Positions 1 to 13,580 of a stretch of 64,000 nucleotides of DNA are shown here, piece after piece. Source of the stretch: Octopus sinensis. Taxonomy: Eukaryota. Location of the stretch: NCBI RefSeq assembly GCF_006345805.1, contig NC_043013.1, forward strand, positions 15,748,001 through 15,812,000, given 5' to 3'. The notes under the pieces are model-generated. The model searched no databases and had not been told where the DNA came from. It saw only the letters and a program-made list of their open reading frames with translations. Positions within the stretch are counted from its first letter, which is position 1; every line of letters begins with the position of its first letter. A program made the translations under genes and the position numbers.

Positions 1-1470
1 AAATAAATGTTTAAGTGTAGTTAACATTTTTTTTTGCATGTTTTTGAATGGGTGATATGTATCTACCATGCTGTAATTGTTTTAGCTTCAACACATGGTC
101 TCAGCTCAAATCATTTGTCAAGCAAGTACATCTCTAAAATTTAAGTAAAACTTTCACAGTAATAGGCAAAAAATTAGATGTTGAATGAGGGAAAATAATT
201 TATTAAAATCTGTTCACATAAATACAATTTTTTTTAAACCTAAAAAACGTGTTTTTTATTTGTTTTTAATGTCAATTTTTCTCACAAAAAGCTTTTGACA
301 ATTTGAACATTTCCATATAAGTGGAACAATTATTTTAATAACTGAGAAATGTTTTCCTTGCTATCCTACAGCTATCCACTTAATATAAGAGAAAAAGAGT
401 GATGGGGCCAGGAAATAATGTACTTATTTAATAAGTAGTTGGATATTTTGTTATGTATTGTAAATTTCTAATAATCTTTCACAAATGCATGCTAAGAATA
501 ATCAGTCAATTAAAAAAGTAATTACAATAATGAATGTAAAAGAGATCAAAAGGAATATACTGTCTACAAAGTGTAAAATAATGTTTTTTGAACAGTGACA
601 AAAAAAAAAAAAAAGAAAAAGTCACATCTTAGATAAACTAGTTGTCTTAATAGATTATTTCTTTTTGAAAGTAGCGCAGTAACAAATGAACACGTTTAAC
701 AAATGAGCAAAAGTGGTGATATGGCACTAAAAATATATTGAAATATCACTATCATATAGATAGCAATAGATATCAAATATATATATATATATATACATAT
801 ATCCAAATGAAAAACAAACTATTTCATATTAAACACTAGTAGTCATTTTAGTGATATCAGTATGCATGTAGGTGTATGCATGTGCACTATTTTAAATTAA
901 ATGAGATTATGACCAAAGTAATATTAAAATTAAATTTCTATTGCAATTTTCAATGCAGCAGTATCAATGAAAATTGAACAATTTTCATATTGATAGGTTT
1001 TATGAAAATATTATAGACAATATTATTTCAGGGGTTCATATAATGCTCATATAATGCCAGAAGATAAAATGCATGCAATGAAAATACTGACAAATCTATG
1101 GTCAAATAAAAGGGAAGGAGGTAGTAAATAAAATGATTGTTACAAATTCACCAGTGTGGTTGGTTACTAGAAGGATTAATATACATAACACTACAATGAA
1201 ATGTTAGTTGAAGCATGTTCAACTGCTTACATCAAAATAATTGATGAGGGTGATTAAATAAGGCAGCAGGACAAGAATAAGGAAGTAGAAGAAAAATGGA
1301 GATAAAAATAATCATGCCAACACCAGCAACTAAGCAGAGTGGGGTGAAAAGGAGGAGAGTGGTTCAAGCGCTGATAGTTCTCCAATATGCAGTGGAGAAA
1401 GTCTGTGTCAAAAAGCACTGTCTGAGCAGACTACACCCAAACAGTAACAATGCAACCCAATAGGCATTAC

Positions 1471-1522
1471 CTGGAATCTTACTCATCAAATGTCCGTTAA
1501 ATACTTTCACTTGTAGAATAAA
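1471..1522 (-). other. Candidate downstream exon (52 nt, or 40 nt with donor at 1482); phase 0 FILQVKVFNGHLMSKIP, otherwise UTR or short tail
   Basis: tgttggtttttcatacag|; donors GA|gtaaga and CAG|gtaatg. Confidence 0.35.
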
Positions 1523-1752
1523 CTGTATGAAAAACCAACAGGATTCTCAATGTTCAGTTTGGATAATCATATTAGAAGCAAGACTTTTATTTATTTATTT
1601 TTTTTTTTTTGTAAAACCACTATCTGTGATTTCATTCTCTCTCTCTCTTTCACTTGCAAGTGACACAAATGCACACACATACATACTACACCTTCGTCAG
1701 ACAAAATGATATGTATACACAAGGTAAAAAGCGTTATACAAACTATAGGGTT

Positions 1753-1788
<36 letters not shown>

Positions 1789-2695
1789 ATATTATATATA
1801 TATATACACATATATATATATATATAGAATATTGGACAGGATATATTTGACAAAATATTCATCTGGAGCATATTCTGCAAATAAGTGGCTTACGATGATA
1901 AAATAAGTGCAAATCAAATTGATTAGCACCAATATTTACAGAAAATTTTGTTTGAAAATAATAATGAAAAGGAAGTTTTAAAAATCAGTTTTTTTAAATG
2001 TACATAAAATAAGAGTATTTAACTTATAGCTATCATATTTTTAACAGGTGGTGTGTTTTTTCTTCTTCTTTTTCTAAAGTAGAAAAAAATTCACTCCTCC
2101 TGCCAATTAAATGGCTTAGTAATTGTTGTGAAAAGATAAATTTAAACATCTGCTTATCTGTCACATTTATTCTTTGCAGGATTAAAATGTAGCAATCACG
2201 TTTTATTATGTTTTAGCCAGACACTCTAATGGGGCAAACAATTACTTCACTACAAAAGGTATTTTGTTATTCTATGAATGCACAAGTAGTTGAAGAAACA
2301 CCAAAAAGAAATAGTCTCCATAAAAAAAATCCTACCATTTTAAAACTTTTTATTTTACAATATGAAATAACCCTTTTGTTTATAAAATAAAGGGTCTTAA
2401 ATTTTAAGGCAAACATTTCTACAAACCTATTGTACATATATAGGGAAAATATTGTGTGCAGATAGCATTTACATGTCCTAAGGAAAACAGTCACACAATA
2501 CAATTTACATCTTTTTGTATGCTTTGTAAGTTTTCTTCTATGTTCAGACATGGCTGAATGGTTTTGTAATTCAAACATTCATATCAATTTTCAGAGGAAA
2601 TATTTTATTAAACAAAATTCTATCTTTCTCAACTAAAAAAAATGTAAGTAGCATTTGTTTTATCAAAGACATATTCAGGTATGAAAACCATAAAT

Positions 2696-2734
<39 letters not shown>

Positions 2735-3240
2735 GCTGTCATTTAAACATATAACATTTCCTTATAAAATGATATACAAATTTAACTCGTAAAAGGAACA
2801 CCTGTTCAATAGACATCAAACATCAAGTCTTCACAAGGTCAACTGAGACTAACAGAAATATCAACCTTTGTTGAAGCAAGACAAACACTATAAGTAATTT
2901 AGTATCAGGTCAATGCTGAGTAAACATGATCAACAGCATTTCAGCATTTTATTTTCTCATAGAATGCATCTAGAACTCCATTATCCAATGTCACCTTCCT
3001 CTTTTGAAAAGATCATAGCATGAGATTTCATGGAAACTTGGCTACTGTTTCAAGCAGGACAACCACTTAAACGCTCCTTGTTTCTGTTTATTTAATATAC
3101 TTTGGATTTAGGATCACATATTATCTTAGCTCAGACTGAAGAAATGCACTCAAAAAATTTGATGAAACCAAAATGTTTGAAAATAAACAAACAGACACTA
3201 GTTATATATTTGATTTCATCTATGCACGTTTGTGTGTGTG

Positions 3241-4575
3241 TGATAGGTAAATTGTGATTTTATTTTAATTTCATGCATACACATTGTTTGTTCTTGATTT
3301 TGTTGACAACACAGTATAGTAGGGTCAGCTGGGCACCATCTGTGAGGAAAACAGCACCATGACGCAATTCATTCAGCCAGAAATTTGGAAACAACATGCT
3401 GTACTGCTTGGCATTCACACTGGAAGCTCCAATACGAACATTTCAGAGTGTCTGGGTGTCAATCTGAGGCCAGTACAGAGGATTCAGAAAGAGTTGGATG
3501 AGTCTAACAGTGAGTATGAAGGTATGGCAGGCTTGGAAAACTAACTCTGATCATTCTGATTAGAAAAGAACTCCTGAATTTGTTGGTGAGGTCCAGGCCA
3601 TGATTGACAACAATTCCTCCAAGTCAATCAGGTCCATTGCCAGAGACATGGGAGCGTTTGAGTTTTTTATCAGGCAGGTAGTGCATGAAGACATTTGGTA
3701 TTCCTCATACAAGATGAGAAAGAGCCAATTTTTATCCCAAACCACTAAGGACAAGAGGAAACACTGCACTGCAAAGCTTTTGAACAAACTCAAGCATCCC
3801 TTCCAACCGGACATGCTTGGGTTTTCTCAGACAAGAAAAATTTCTGCCAGGATTAGCTGGTAAACAAAGAACAACCTCCAGATGACTTCAGAATCTCCTG
3901 CAACTCTTCTGGATGGTCTCCTTGTTTAAGTTGGTGAATGCTGTCATAATTCTTGCCATCAGTTCATCTTTGGTGGTACAAGGAGTTTTGTTGGTCTCTC
4001 ACTGAACTGCATCCCACACATAATAATCAAGGGGATTGTAGTCTGGGGAGTAAGATGGCCAAATGTTAGGGGTGCTGTGGTCACAGAAATTGTCTGACAG
4101 CAATGACTGAGTTTTCCTGCTTGTGTGGCATGGTGCAGAGTCCATTTGCCAGACATAGGGTCTTCCGGAAGCCACCCTCTTGACCCAGAGCAGCACTATC
4201 TCCTCCAGGCACTTGATGTGGGCCTCCATGTTGAGTCTGAGGCTGTGTGGGAAGATGAATGGAAGCATAACGTTGCATTCACTAGTGATCACTCCAAACA
4301 CCAAGATGTCGACTGGATATTTGACTTTTAGCACTCTTGGTATATGTCCTCGGATTGACACTCAAACACACTGAAATGTTCGCATTGGAGCTTCTAACAC
4401 GAATGCCAAGCAGTAGAGCATGTCATTTTCAAATTTCTGGCAGACTGAAATGCGTCATGGTACTGTTCTTCTCACGAATAGTGCCCAACTGACCCTACTA
4501 CACTGTGTAGTCAACAAAATGTGTATGTGCGAAATTAAAAATATAAAATGGTGACAATTTACCTATTGCACCTTA
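3241..4575. mobile_element. Rearranged Tc1/mariner DD37D (maT-type) element: 5' half on +, DDE half on -, about 290-bp inverted ends
   Basis: + ORFs MTQFIQPEIWKQHAVLLG and KLLNKLKHP...FSDKKNF; - ORF QMDSAPCH...SPDYNPLDYYVW has 37 residues between the 2nd and 3rd D; 3241-3530 mirrors 4345-4570. Confidence 0.9.
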
Positions 4576-5377
4576 TATACATATAAACACACATGTGCTC
4601 CCTCAAAGTTACTATTGTGAATGAATAGTGGAATAAATATTCAATATAACTGAATATGTAATGTGTTGACTAAAATAAATGTAGCTTTATACATAAGTAT
4701 AATCTTTTATAAATTTGATTTTTTGAAGCTTAAACTGTATAAAGATAACTGCCACATAGTTTGTTTTTGCTCCCTCCACCCCATCAATTTAAAAGTGAAA
4801 TAACTAGAGTATTAATTATATATATGTAATATGTAAATTAACTGAATTAAAAAAAGCAATTCAAGGCATATAAGTGCAGAAGAATAATATGTTTTATTTA
4901 ATATATATATATGCTTTTAATTGTTATATTAATTCACTTTATATATTGCATTAAGTTATATTACAGAAAATCTAGCTTAAGGAGCACTCGAGTGGATTCC
5001 TGCTTTATAATGTGATGCATCCCTGCATTATATATATATATATACACATATATACATATACATACATACACATATATATATATATACATACACATATATA
5101 TATAAATACATACACACACACACACACACATATATATATATTTATGTTAGTATCATTTAGATAACTATTTTACCTCATAAAAACCAAGACAAAAAAATTC
5201 CTTGTTAAGGACTGTATTCCTTAATTGTTGAAAGTTTATATGAAGATGTTACTCAACAAAGTAAATTTTTTTTCCATTAGTGTTCAAGCTTTGAGAAAGC
5301 AGCAATTAAAATCAAGAACATGCAAGAAACAAAAAAATATACATTAAAATCCACTATTAATCTCATTAACAAAGTTC

Positions 5378-5410
<33 letters not shown>

Positions 5411-6714
5411 TATATCAAATTCACTGTGTAATTAATTTGGTTTCCTAACGAAGAAATACATGTCAATAGCACATGATTTGTTTTCTCTCTCATTAAGATA
5501 TTATACCCCTTCAATAAATAAAGCAGCTGAATTTATTGGAAATAATCTTATTATGGTAATAAGCTAAACAGTAAAAAGTTCATGGATAGCTGCTATGTGA
5601 TATATATGTGTGTGTGTGTGTGTGTGTGCGCATGTCTGTGTGTGTGTACATACACATATATATAACAGCTTGTGTAATTTTGTATAAGTATATATATATA
5701 TATTACCCCATAAGATAATTGTCTAAGTTATGTTTTTAGAAGATTGAAAGATGTTCTACATGGAAGAGCTTTCCAGATTATTTAAAAAATTAACTCTTCA
5801 GAACAGAGTTTAAACCATCTCTGTACTAGCTGGTAGTAAAATTGAATTGAGCATCAGGTCATAGACAATTCTTAAGGTAAAAATCAACATTTATGTAAGA
5901 AGATGACTAAAAAAAAAAATGTTCAAATTTTGAAGTCCACAAACAAATGTCATATCAAACTACCCCCTCCTTCTAAAAAAGAAAAAAAAAGGGAGAAAAT
6001 GGAAGTTGAAATTGCCTTGTTACTTCATACAAGGTTAGAAAATAATAGCAACAGAATTGTTAATGGGTTTGAAAGGATTGTTAATAATACACAAAATTTA
6101 GTGTGTATGTGACAATAATGAAACCAAACTTACATTAACAGCAACATTTCATTCTGAATTACAACTAAACAATTCAGAAAAGTTAATTATTATTATTTTT
6201 AAATGCTATCATTATATTATTATTATTATTTATTATTATCATCATCATCATCATTATTATTAACATTAGTAAATTATACTTAGAAAAAAGAAATTCCTAT
6301 CTCCTTTTATGATTTAATATTGAAATATATTTATTATAGGAATCATTTTTTCCCCCAGCAGATAAAGGATTTAACAGAAAAATAAAGCAGATTAGAGTTC
6401 TATTTGGCATACAACTAGAAAAGTGAATCTTACGATGGCAAAACATAAAATGGACAACTTGCTAAAATAAAAATTTAAAAAAAAAATGAAAATATAGTTA
6501 TATGAAATAAAAATAAAAACATGCATTCATGCACCTTTCAGCTTAATGTCAAAATCTAACAGTTTGGCAATCATTGAAATGTTCTGATGTTTTAAATGCA
6601 TGCTAATTGCATCAAGCACATCAATTCTGTAATATAACGAAATATGGGCGAGTTCACTGGTTATTTCAATATAATAATTGCTAATAATATCTAAAATAAT
6701 AATGATAATTGCTT

Positions 6715-7110
6715 CTAATTTAGGAATAAGCCCCAGAATTTTGAAACTAGAGGTTTGGTTGAATACACTGACCCCAATACTTGAATGGTACTTTCTTCTA
6801 TTAACCTGAGAAGGATAAAATGTAAAGTTGATCTTGATGGGATTTTAACTTTGAACATAAAGAGCCTGAAGAAATAATGTAAGGCATTTTTTCTCATGCT
6901 CTATAATTTTGCCATCCACTATTCTAATGATAACTTCTAATTTAGGCACAAGGCCATAAATTTTGAAAAGAGGGACCGACCTTAGCATTTGGCTAGTACT
7001 TTATCAACCCTGAAAGGATGAAAGGCAAGCTTGACCCTGATAAGATTTTAACTAAGAAAATAAAAAGCTGGTACAAACAGAAGGCACTTTGCCCAATATC
7101 CTCACAACTC
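6715..7110 (-). mobile_element. Two tandem degenerate family-A SINE copies
   Basis: Similarity to 11166-11395 (gacccc...ggatgaaaggcaa.gttgacc). Confidence 0.7.
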
Positions 7111-8427
7111 TACCAATAATAATAACTACAAACTATCCTCATAATACATACAACTTGGAAATTTAAAAGTAAATAGATAACTTGTTAAGGAAAATGTAGT
7201 GGTAAACTTAATTATACATTTAGTAAATTTAAATATTCAATATCCACTATCTGCACAATATTTGTACATGTGAAGGTGTCAGTGCATGCAGGTGAGCATA
7301 TATGTGCATGTGTATATTACATGTAAATTCTTTAATGCTAAGGAGAACATTTTACCCAACCCTTGTAGAAAAAAGAAAAAGAAAACAAACAGTCTTTTAG
7401 TATTTAAATGTTGGTACCTTAAATAAAGTGAAAATTATCAAAATTCTTACTGTTTATAAACTGAAAGCTTTGGAAGCAAAAATATGCGATTCTAAAGACA
7501 GGAGAACTATACTATGAGAAATGTCATGAAAAATAGAAATATTAATGATGGTTTAAGGGACATCTCTATTATAAATGACAGTCCTTGCCTGCAACAGCAT
7601 GACCAGCTAGGTCAATGATGTTAGCATTTTGTCTTTAACTCAGTTCATGTAAGGCATGAAGAGAGTTTGGCTTTAGGTGACCTGAAACTTAAATTAGGAA
7701 ACAGAAATGAGAGGTTGTGACAATGTCTTTCCTATGGAGTAAATGACTCCAGACGAGGAAAAAAAATGTAACTGTAGATTCAGTTCACTGTGAATTTACA
7801 GCCAGCTATATAATGGGGAAATTATTTCCAGATTAAAAGCATGATGAGACTTAATATAATAAATTATTTGAAAACCAATAAGTTATTCTAGTATAAAATC
7901 AAAAGTCTTCTTGATAATTAACTACTTCAGTCAAAATTTTCTTTTAAATGTTACAATGGTACAGAAAATTTGTTGTAACATTAACTAATTCTTTTAAACA
8001 CTGCAATGAAGTTACAAGGAGGAATTAGCCATTAACACACAAAATATTAACGACTCAAATATTAGCAATATCTCCACTGTCGGAAGAGATAGATTAATCT
8101 GCATCATTATTTTAATTAGCAGCTCATAAAAGGTATTTTGTCATACTGATAAAACCTTCCTCCCAATCATTTTCACTTTAGAAATATTGAAGTCCCTACG
8201 TGAAATGGTCAGTAAAATATATGGTTTGAAATATTATAAAGGAAGAAATGGAACAAAACACACTCTTATGATACTGAGAGGAGAAGGTGGGGCAGATATC
8301 ATGCAAAAACCCTTTTATGCCAATGACAACACATTGTCCCACGGAAAAAAAAATATTCATGCATTTACTTGAAGTATACACTTGATATAATTTTCATTTT
8401 TGGTTTTAAATGAAAAAGCAAACTTAC

Positions 8428-8479
8428 ATTGAATGGTAATCATGAGATCGATCCAAAGTAATTACAGGTATAACTGCAG
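8428..8479 (-). CDS. 52-nt exon; in the frame of the upstream exon it gives LQLYL* (TAA at 8464-8462), probably the last coding exon
   Basis: Acceptor cttgcccttttcag| (second CAG 6 nt downstream), donor AAT|gtaagt; 168-nt intron to the 138-nt exon. Confidence 0.6.
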
Positions 8480-8647
8480 CTGAAAAGGGCAAGCCATAAA
8501 TGACTGTTTTTTTTTTTTCTTTCATAAAATAAAAAGCATAAAACTAAATCCTAATATTTGTTGGTCAACCGATAGCCATCTGACGCAGAATGGCTGTTTC
8601 TAAAATATTTCCAGGATTTTAAGTATAATAATATGAGGGAACCATAC

Positions 8648-8785
8648 CTGTTTAGCCCGACCAATTTTAATATGGCTGGCACGATCATTGGGCTTTTCAA
8701 ATTCTTTAGCAAAATCTGTTCCTTGAATAATTACAGTTTCCATTTCACTGGACAAAGGTTCTGTTTCATTCGGACCCGATTTATT
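8648..8785 (-). CDS. Internal coding exon (138 nt, phase 0-0) of unidentified host gene: NKSGPNETEPLSSEMETVIIQGTDFAKEFEKPNDRASHIKIGRAKQ
   Basis: Acceptor ttatatttattacag|, donor CAG|gtatgg; only one of three frames is open; GC-richer than the flanks. Confidence 0.8.
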
Positions 8786-8995
8786 CTGTAATAAATATAA
8801 ATTAAGTAGAAATTTACAATCTGTAAAAATTAGTAAGTCATGATATAAAAGAAAATATTTTTAAAGGTTTTCACTAGGTTGTGATTTCAAATGCCTTCAG
8901 AGTCAACTTCCTTGGCACATGAGTGCAAATAATGATTAATTTTCTTCTAAAATCAGCCTTGCATCCAATTAGAAAGAAAATACCATAACTAACAA

Positions 8996-9373
8996 AATAT
9001 GTAATAGAACTAAAGCAATTTCCATTAATAAAAACAAGTTTCCAAACCCCAAAATCTTTGAAACAATTATGCTTAAGAGCTGTAGTGCTATATGTTATAT
9101 GAAATAGAATTTATGTATTTAGGTATTTTAAAAAGTAATAGATTGTAGAAGTTGTAGTAATGGTGTGGAGACATGATGTCTAAATCTCATTGCAAGAATC
9201 TTGACATATCTCACTGTTGTAACCTCGACATTCCCCGTGCTACAATCTTGACATCCACTGACATATTCTCCACATGGAATCGATTGGGCTCAGGCAAAAG
9301 CAAAGTATTTTGATTGTCTAAGAATTCCACTTAAAACTTTCCATATCAAACTTGATTAGCCTTATGGTACTGG
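8996..9373 (+). repeat. Copy 1 of a ~370-bp direct duplication (copy 2 at 10331-10690)
   Basis: Colinear sequence from atagaactaaagcaatttcc to gattagccttatggta, with scattered substitutions and indels. Confidence 0.95.
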
Positions 9374-11165
9374 TGAAATTAGATTAAGAATTACATTTGA
9401 TCATTATGTACAGGCAAATTCTAAAACAACTATTTTACACAACCTACAATGCCTCTCACCAAGTTTAGTAAGCAACAAAATAACATTGGGAAGCCAAGTT
9501 AAAAATCGCTCATAGGTTTTTTCTTGTATATGAGAAGTGCTTCTTAGCTACAGTAAAGTGGGCAATTTCAACATATTTTGCAGGCCAATACCACAAAATT
9601 CTCCTAAACCTCTTCTTAACAGTTTGATCTTGTAGAAGAACAGTAATTGTGCAACAAACAATAATTTAAGCTGTTTTCACTGCATACTGAAATCTAATGA
9701 AACTATACACTAATACAGTAAACTATCATTCTGGCTTTGTAGTTAATCATCAAATCTTTTGATAAACATTTAACTAGCCATGATAATAGTTCAAAGCTAA
9801 AAAAAACTTAGAACAATTACATTGTTGGACTTTGGAGATAAAAACAGTACATCAGCTTTGTTGTGGTTAACAGTTCTTATAACAATATATTAATAGGTGT
9901 GGATATTCTTAAAGTCATGTTATCTTAGTAGGTTATAAAGCTAAAATTCCAGTATCATGAAGTATAGTTAAGATTAAAGTTGCTCAAATGCCCAGTATCA
10001 GCATATATAAAATAGGAAGTTGGTACTTGACTTCACATTGTTGCAGTAACAAGTATAACTCTTAGTCCACATTGAAAATATTGACAATGCCTCACAAAAG
10101 AAAGATGATAAATAGAGAATGTGTGCTGATTACAAAAAACATTAAGTGCTCAGACTCAAACATTTTTCTCATCCAACACTTCTTCAAACAACGTTAAACG
10201 ATATGCAAAGAGCAATGGTCTGCATCATGGCAGACAAATTTAGGTGAGGATAAATAGAAATAAATTGATAGACTTCAGATCAGTCTCAAAACTAGCAGCT
10301 CCATTTTACAACACTGCACCGAGACTATGAAATATGAAATAGAACTAAAGCAATTTCCATTAATAAAAACAAGTTTCCAAACAACTCCAAAATCTTTGAA
10401 ATAATTATGCTTAAGAGCTGTAGTGCTGTATGTCATATGAAATAGAATTCCGATATTTAGGTATTTTAAAAAGTAATAAATAGATTGTAGAAGTTATAGT
10501 AATGGTGTGGAGACATGATGTCTAAATCTCATAGCAATAATCCTGACATCCCACTGCTGCACTCCCAACATCCACTGCCATATTCTCCACATGGAATCAA
10601 TTGGACTCAGGCAAAAGCAAAGTATTTTGATTATCTAAGAATTCCACTCAAAACTTTCCATATCAAACCTGATTAGCCTTATGGTAATGGAATACAACAG
10701 GGAACTAAAGAAGGCATACACATCTTTGCAGCAAACCAGAATTTGAAGAATTAAGAAAATGTAGTTATTGCAATATTGAAAAGAACCAATGGACACATGT
10801 TCCTCAATCAAAAGAAGAGATTAAGAAATATTTGGGATTGATAAACTATTACTGTTGGTTTATACTAAAATGTGCAAATATAGTTGAGTCTCTTCTTGTA
10901 GCAAATGGAAATAGGAAGTAACAAAGACATAATTACTAACATGATTTATCTATCGTGATTAGCTTTATGTTATACATGTTACTTGTTTTGTTCTCTATTT
11001 TATTATCAGTATGGCAGCATCAGATACAACCAATGTGTACTGTCAGTCATCCCAACCTTTCACTTGTTATTAGCTTCCATCACCCTTACTATTGTATACC
11101 TCTGTTGTTATCCATCAATTTCTCTCTCACTTTACTACCCTCTCACACTAGTGATTATATCTACC

Positions 11166-11395
11166 TATTTCTTTACTACCCACAAGGGGATAAACACAGA
11201 GGAGACAAACAAGGACAGCCAGACAGATTAAGTCGATTATATCGACCCCAGTGCGTAACTGGTACGTACTTTATTGATCCCGAAAGGATGAAAGGCAAAG
11301 TCGACCTCGGCAGAATTTGAACTCAGAACGTAATGGCAGATGAAATACCGCTAAGCATTTCACCCGGCCTGCTAACGTTTCAGCCAGCTCGCCTT
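11166..11395 (-). mobile_element. Full-length young tRNA-derived SINE (family A)
   Basis: Head GGCGAGCTGGCTGAAACGTTAGC...GAGTTCAAATTC; 15-bp TSD gtgattatatctacc at 11151-11165 and 11396-11410. Confidence 0.9.
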
Positions 11396-13384
11396 GTGAT
11401 TATATCTACCATCACATACTTGCATCACATATCCTGGTTCTTCTGTCAACACAACCTCTTCCATTCATCTTCGCAAAAACATTGTCTAAAGTGAGCTAAC
11501 ACATGGTGGTAAAGATGATGAAATGCAACTAGTACAAAGAGCAGTGATCACCAGTAATGTTGCCTTTGTAGACTCACAAGAGCTGTGTCATGATAAAGGC
11601 AATTTCATTACTGCTGCACCATAACAAAATGTATACAGCATACTTAGTTAAGTGGCTGCTGAATGTGCAGAGACAACATGGGGTCCAGTATAAGACAACC
11701 TACACTGATATCATAAGAAAACAGTCCTAGCATATTCTATAAAATATGCCTGTTAACATACTCTGCAATTACACTTTCAGTAAAATAAGATGGACATCTA
11801 GCCATGAAATGAGGCCAAAAATATAACCCTCTGACCTCTGTGGGAGGGTAGTAGCTTCAATAAGAACTGACAACCTGACCAACATCTATTAGCATAAAAT
11901 ACAAATGACAAGGAAGATGACAAATATATTCAATCAACATTAACAGTCTGTATTTATGGTAAGGTAGTTGTGGTGTTGCATGCATTTTCCATGCTTCTAC
12001 ATAGTGACTGCTAGTTTGAAGTAAGGATCAGTTTTCCAAGTGTACCAGAAACAGACATTTACAGCAGCAGGGCAAACAAACTTGAACTATTTATAACTTT
12101 TTGAATTATTTGTCAACACATTTTGATCTTTTGACCTTAAATGGATTCATGTGAGATGGCTTCACTACTGCCCTAACTTTTACAACTACATATATCACTA
12201 TTACGACTACTACAGCTATCACTACTGCTACAACTCTTACGACAACTATTGCTACTACTGCAGCTATCAATGTTACAGCCTTTAGTGTTGTTCATACTGG
12301 CACTCAAGATAAGAAGACATTCTTTAAGAGGATAAACACAGAATAAGGAGTCAATGTTATCATGGGAGTCATTCTGTTTGTTCTGATATTGCCAGCTGAC
12401 AGCACATCCTGCATTGAGAAGTGAAGCAACAAGTACTAAGACATATAAATGAAAGCAACAAACTATTCAAGGAATTGTAACCATAAAATAATGCAAAGAT
12501 ATTTACAGCCAAAATAACTTTATATTTGAATTGTTAGCTCAGGAAAAGTGGAGACATTTCTTTTTAAAGTCAGAACAACAACAGAAGAAAATAAGAAATT
12601 TTTAATAATAAAGTATATGTTTAAATATTTGTGAACATGGCTATTAAATGATATCACATGATGTAATAACATTGTTACTGATTGCATGGGTCAGATAGAA
12701 TTTGTCAAAGCAGATTTTCTACAGCTGTCCCTAACTCATACTTGATTCCAAGCAAGATAAAATATCCCCCTTGGCCAGATATGTTTTCTACAGAAGACTA
12801 GGAATGGATAACATCATGTGATGTCAAGACAGGCTTCTATCAGTTTCTGTCTACCAAATCCATTTACAAGAATTTGGTTGGCCTGAGGCTTCAATAGAAG
12901 ACACCTGCTCAAAGTACCACATAGCAAGTAAAAAGAGAAGAAAAAAACAAAAGAATTTTTCTTTTCCTTTATTGGCAACTTATAAACAACAAGTTTAAGG
13001 ATCCACCACTAACTTTAGTCATGCCTTTTAAACCAAGGTAACTGTTCTAGAGCAGTATGTTGTCATTGACTACTGTGAAGTGAAAACAGTATACAAGATA
13101 CTGTTATTACAGATTTATAATAAGAGTATTTTAGGATACTTTGAAAATAGTGAAGTTAGATGATACAGTACAAAAAACACCAGCACTGTCACAGAACGAT
13201 AATCACTATAATTCACAATGACATACTCTGTTAATGTGGTACCAGAGACTTTACAAATCATACATTAAAGTTATGAATGATACAATAAAGTACTATCAGT
13301 CATTTGAATATAATTCTAATGATTGTTTTCATCTAGCTTCCATTAAAAAAAGGATTATAAATTATTTTATATTAGTAGTTTCAA

Positions 13385-13580
13385 ATTTTAGTAGAGGGCC
13401 AGCAGTTTTTGAGAAGGAAAGGGAAATTGATTACATTGCCCCCAGTACTTGATTATAACTTATTTTATCAACCCCTAAAGATGAAAGGTAAAGTTGACCA
13501 AGGTGGAATTTGAGCTCAAAACAAAGACAGGCAAAATGATGCTAAGCATTTTTGTCCAGCATGTTAACAATTCTGCCAGC
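13385..13580 (-). mobile_element. Family-A SINE copy (others at about 15135-15340, 54690-54860, 55070-55260)
   Basis: gatgaaaggtaaagttgaccaaggtggaatttgagctca shared with 11166 copy. Confidence 0.75.

Noticed and set aside
8648-8785. SAM-domain-like spacing (IQGTDF...IKIG)
   Set aside because: Hydrophobic core pattern and N-terminal SAM helices are missing; not enough to name the gene
9240-9330. Duplicated exon inside the 370-bp repeats
   Set aside because: Open frame in copy 1 has a stop in copy 2; splice sites weak
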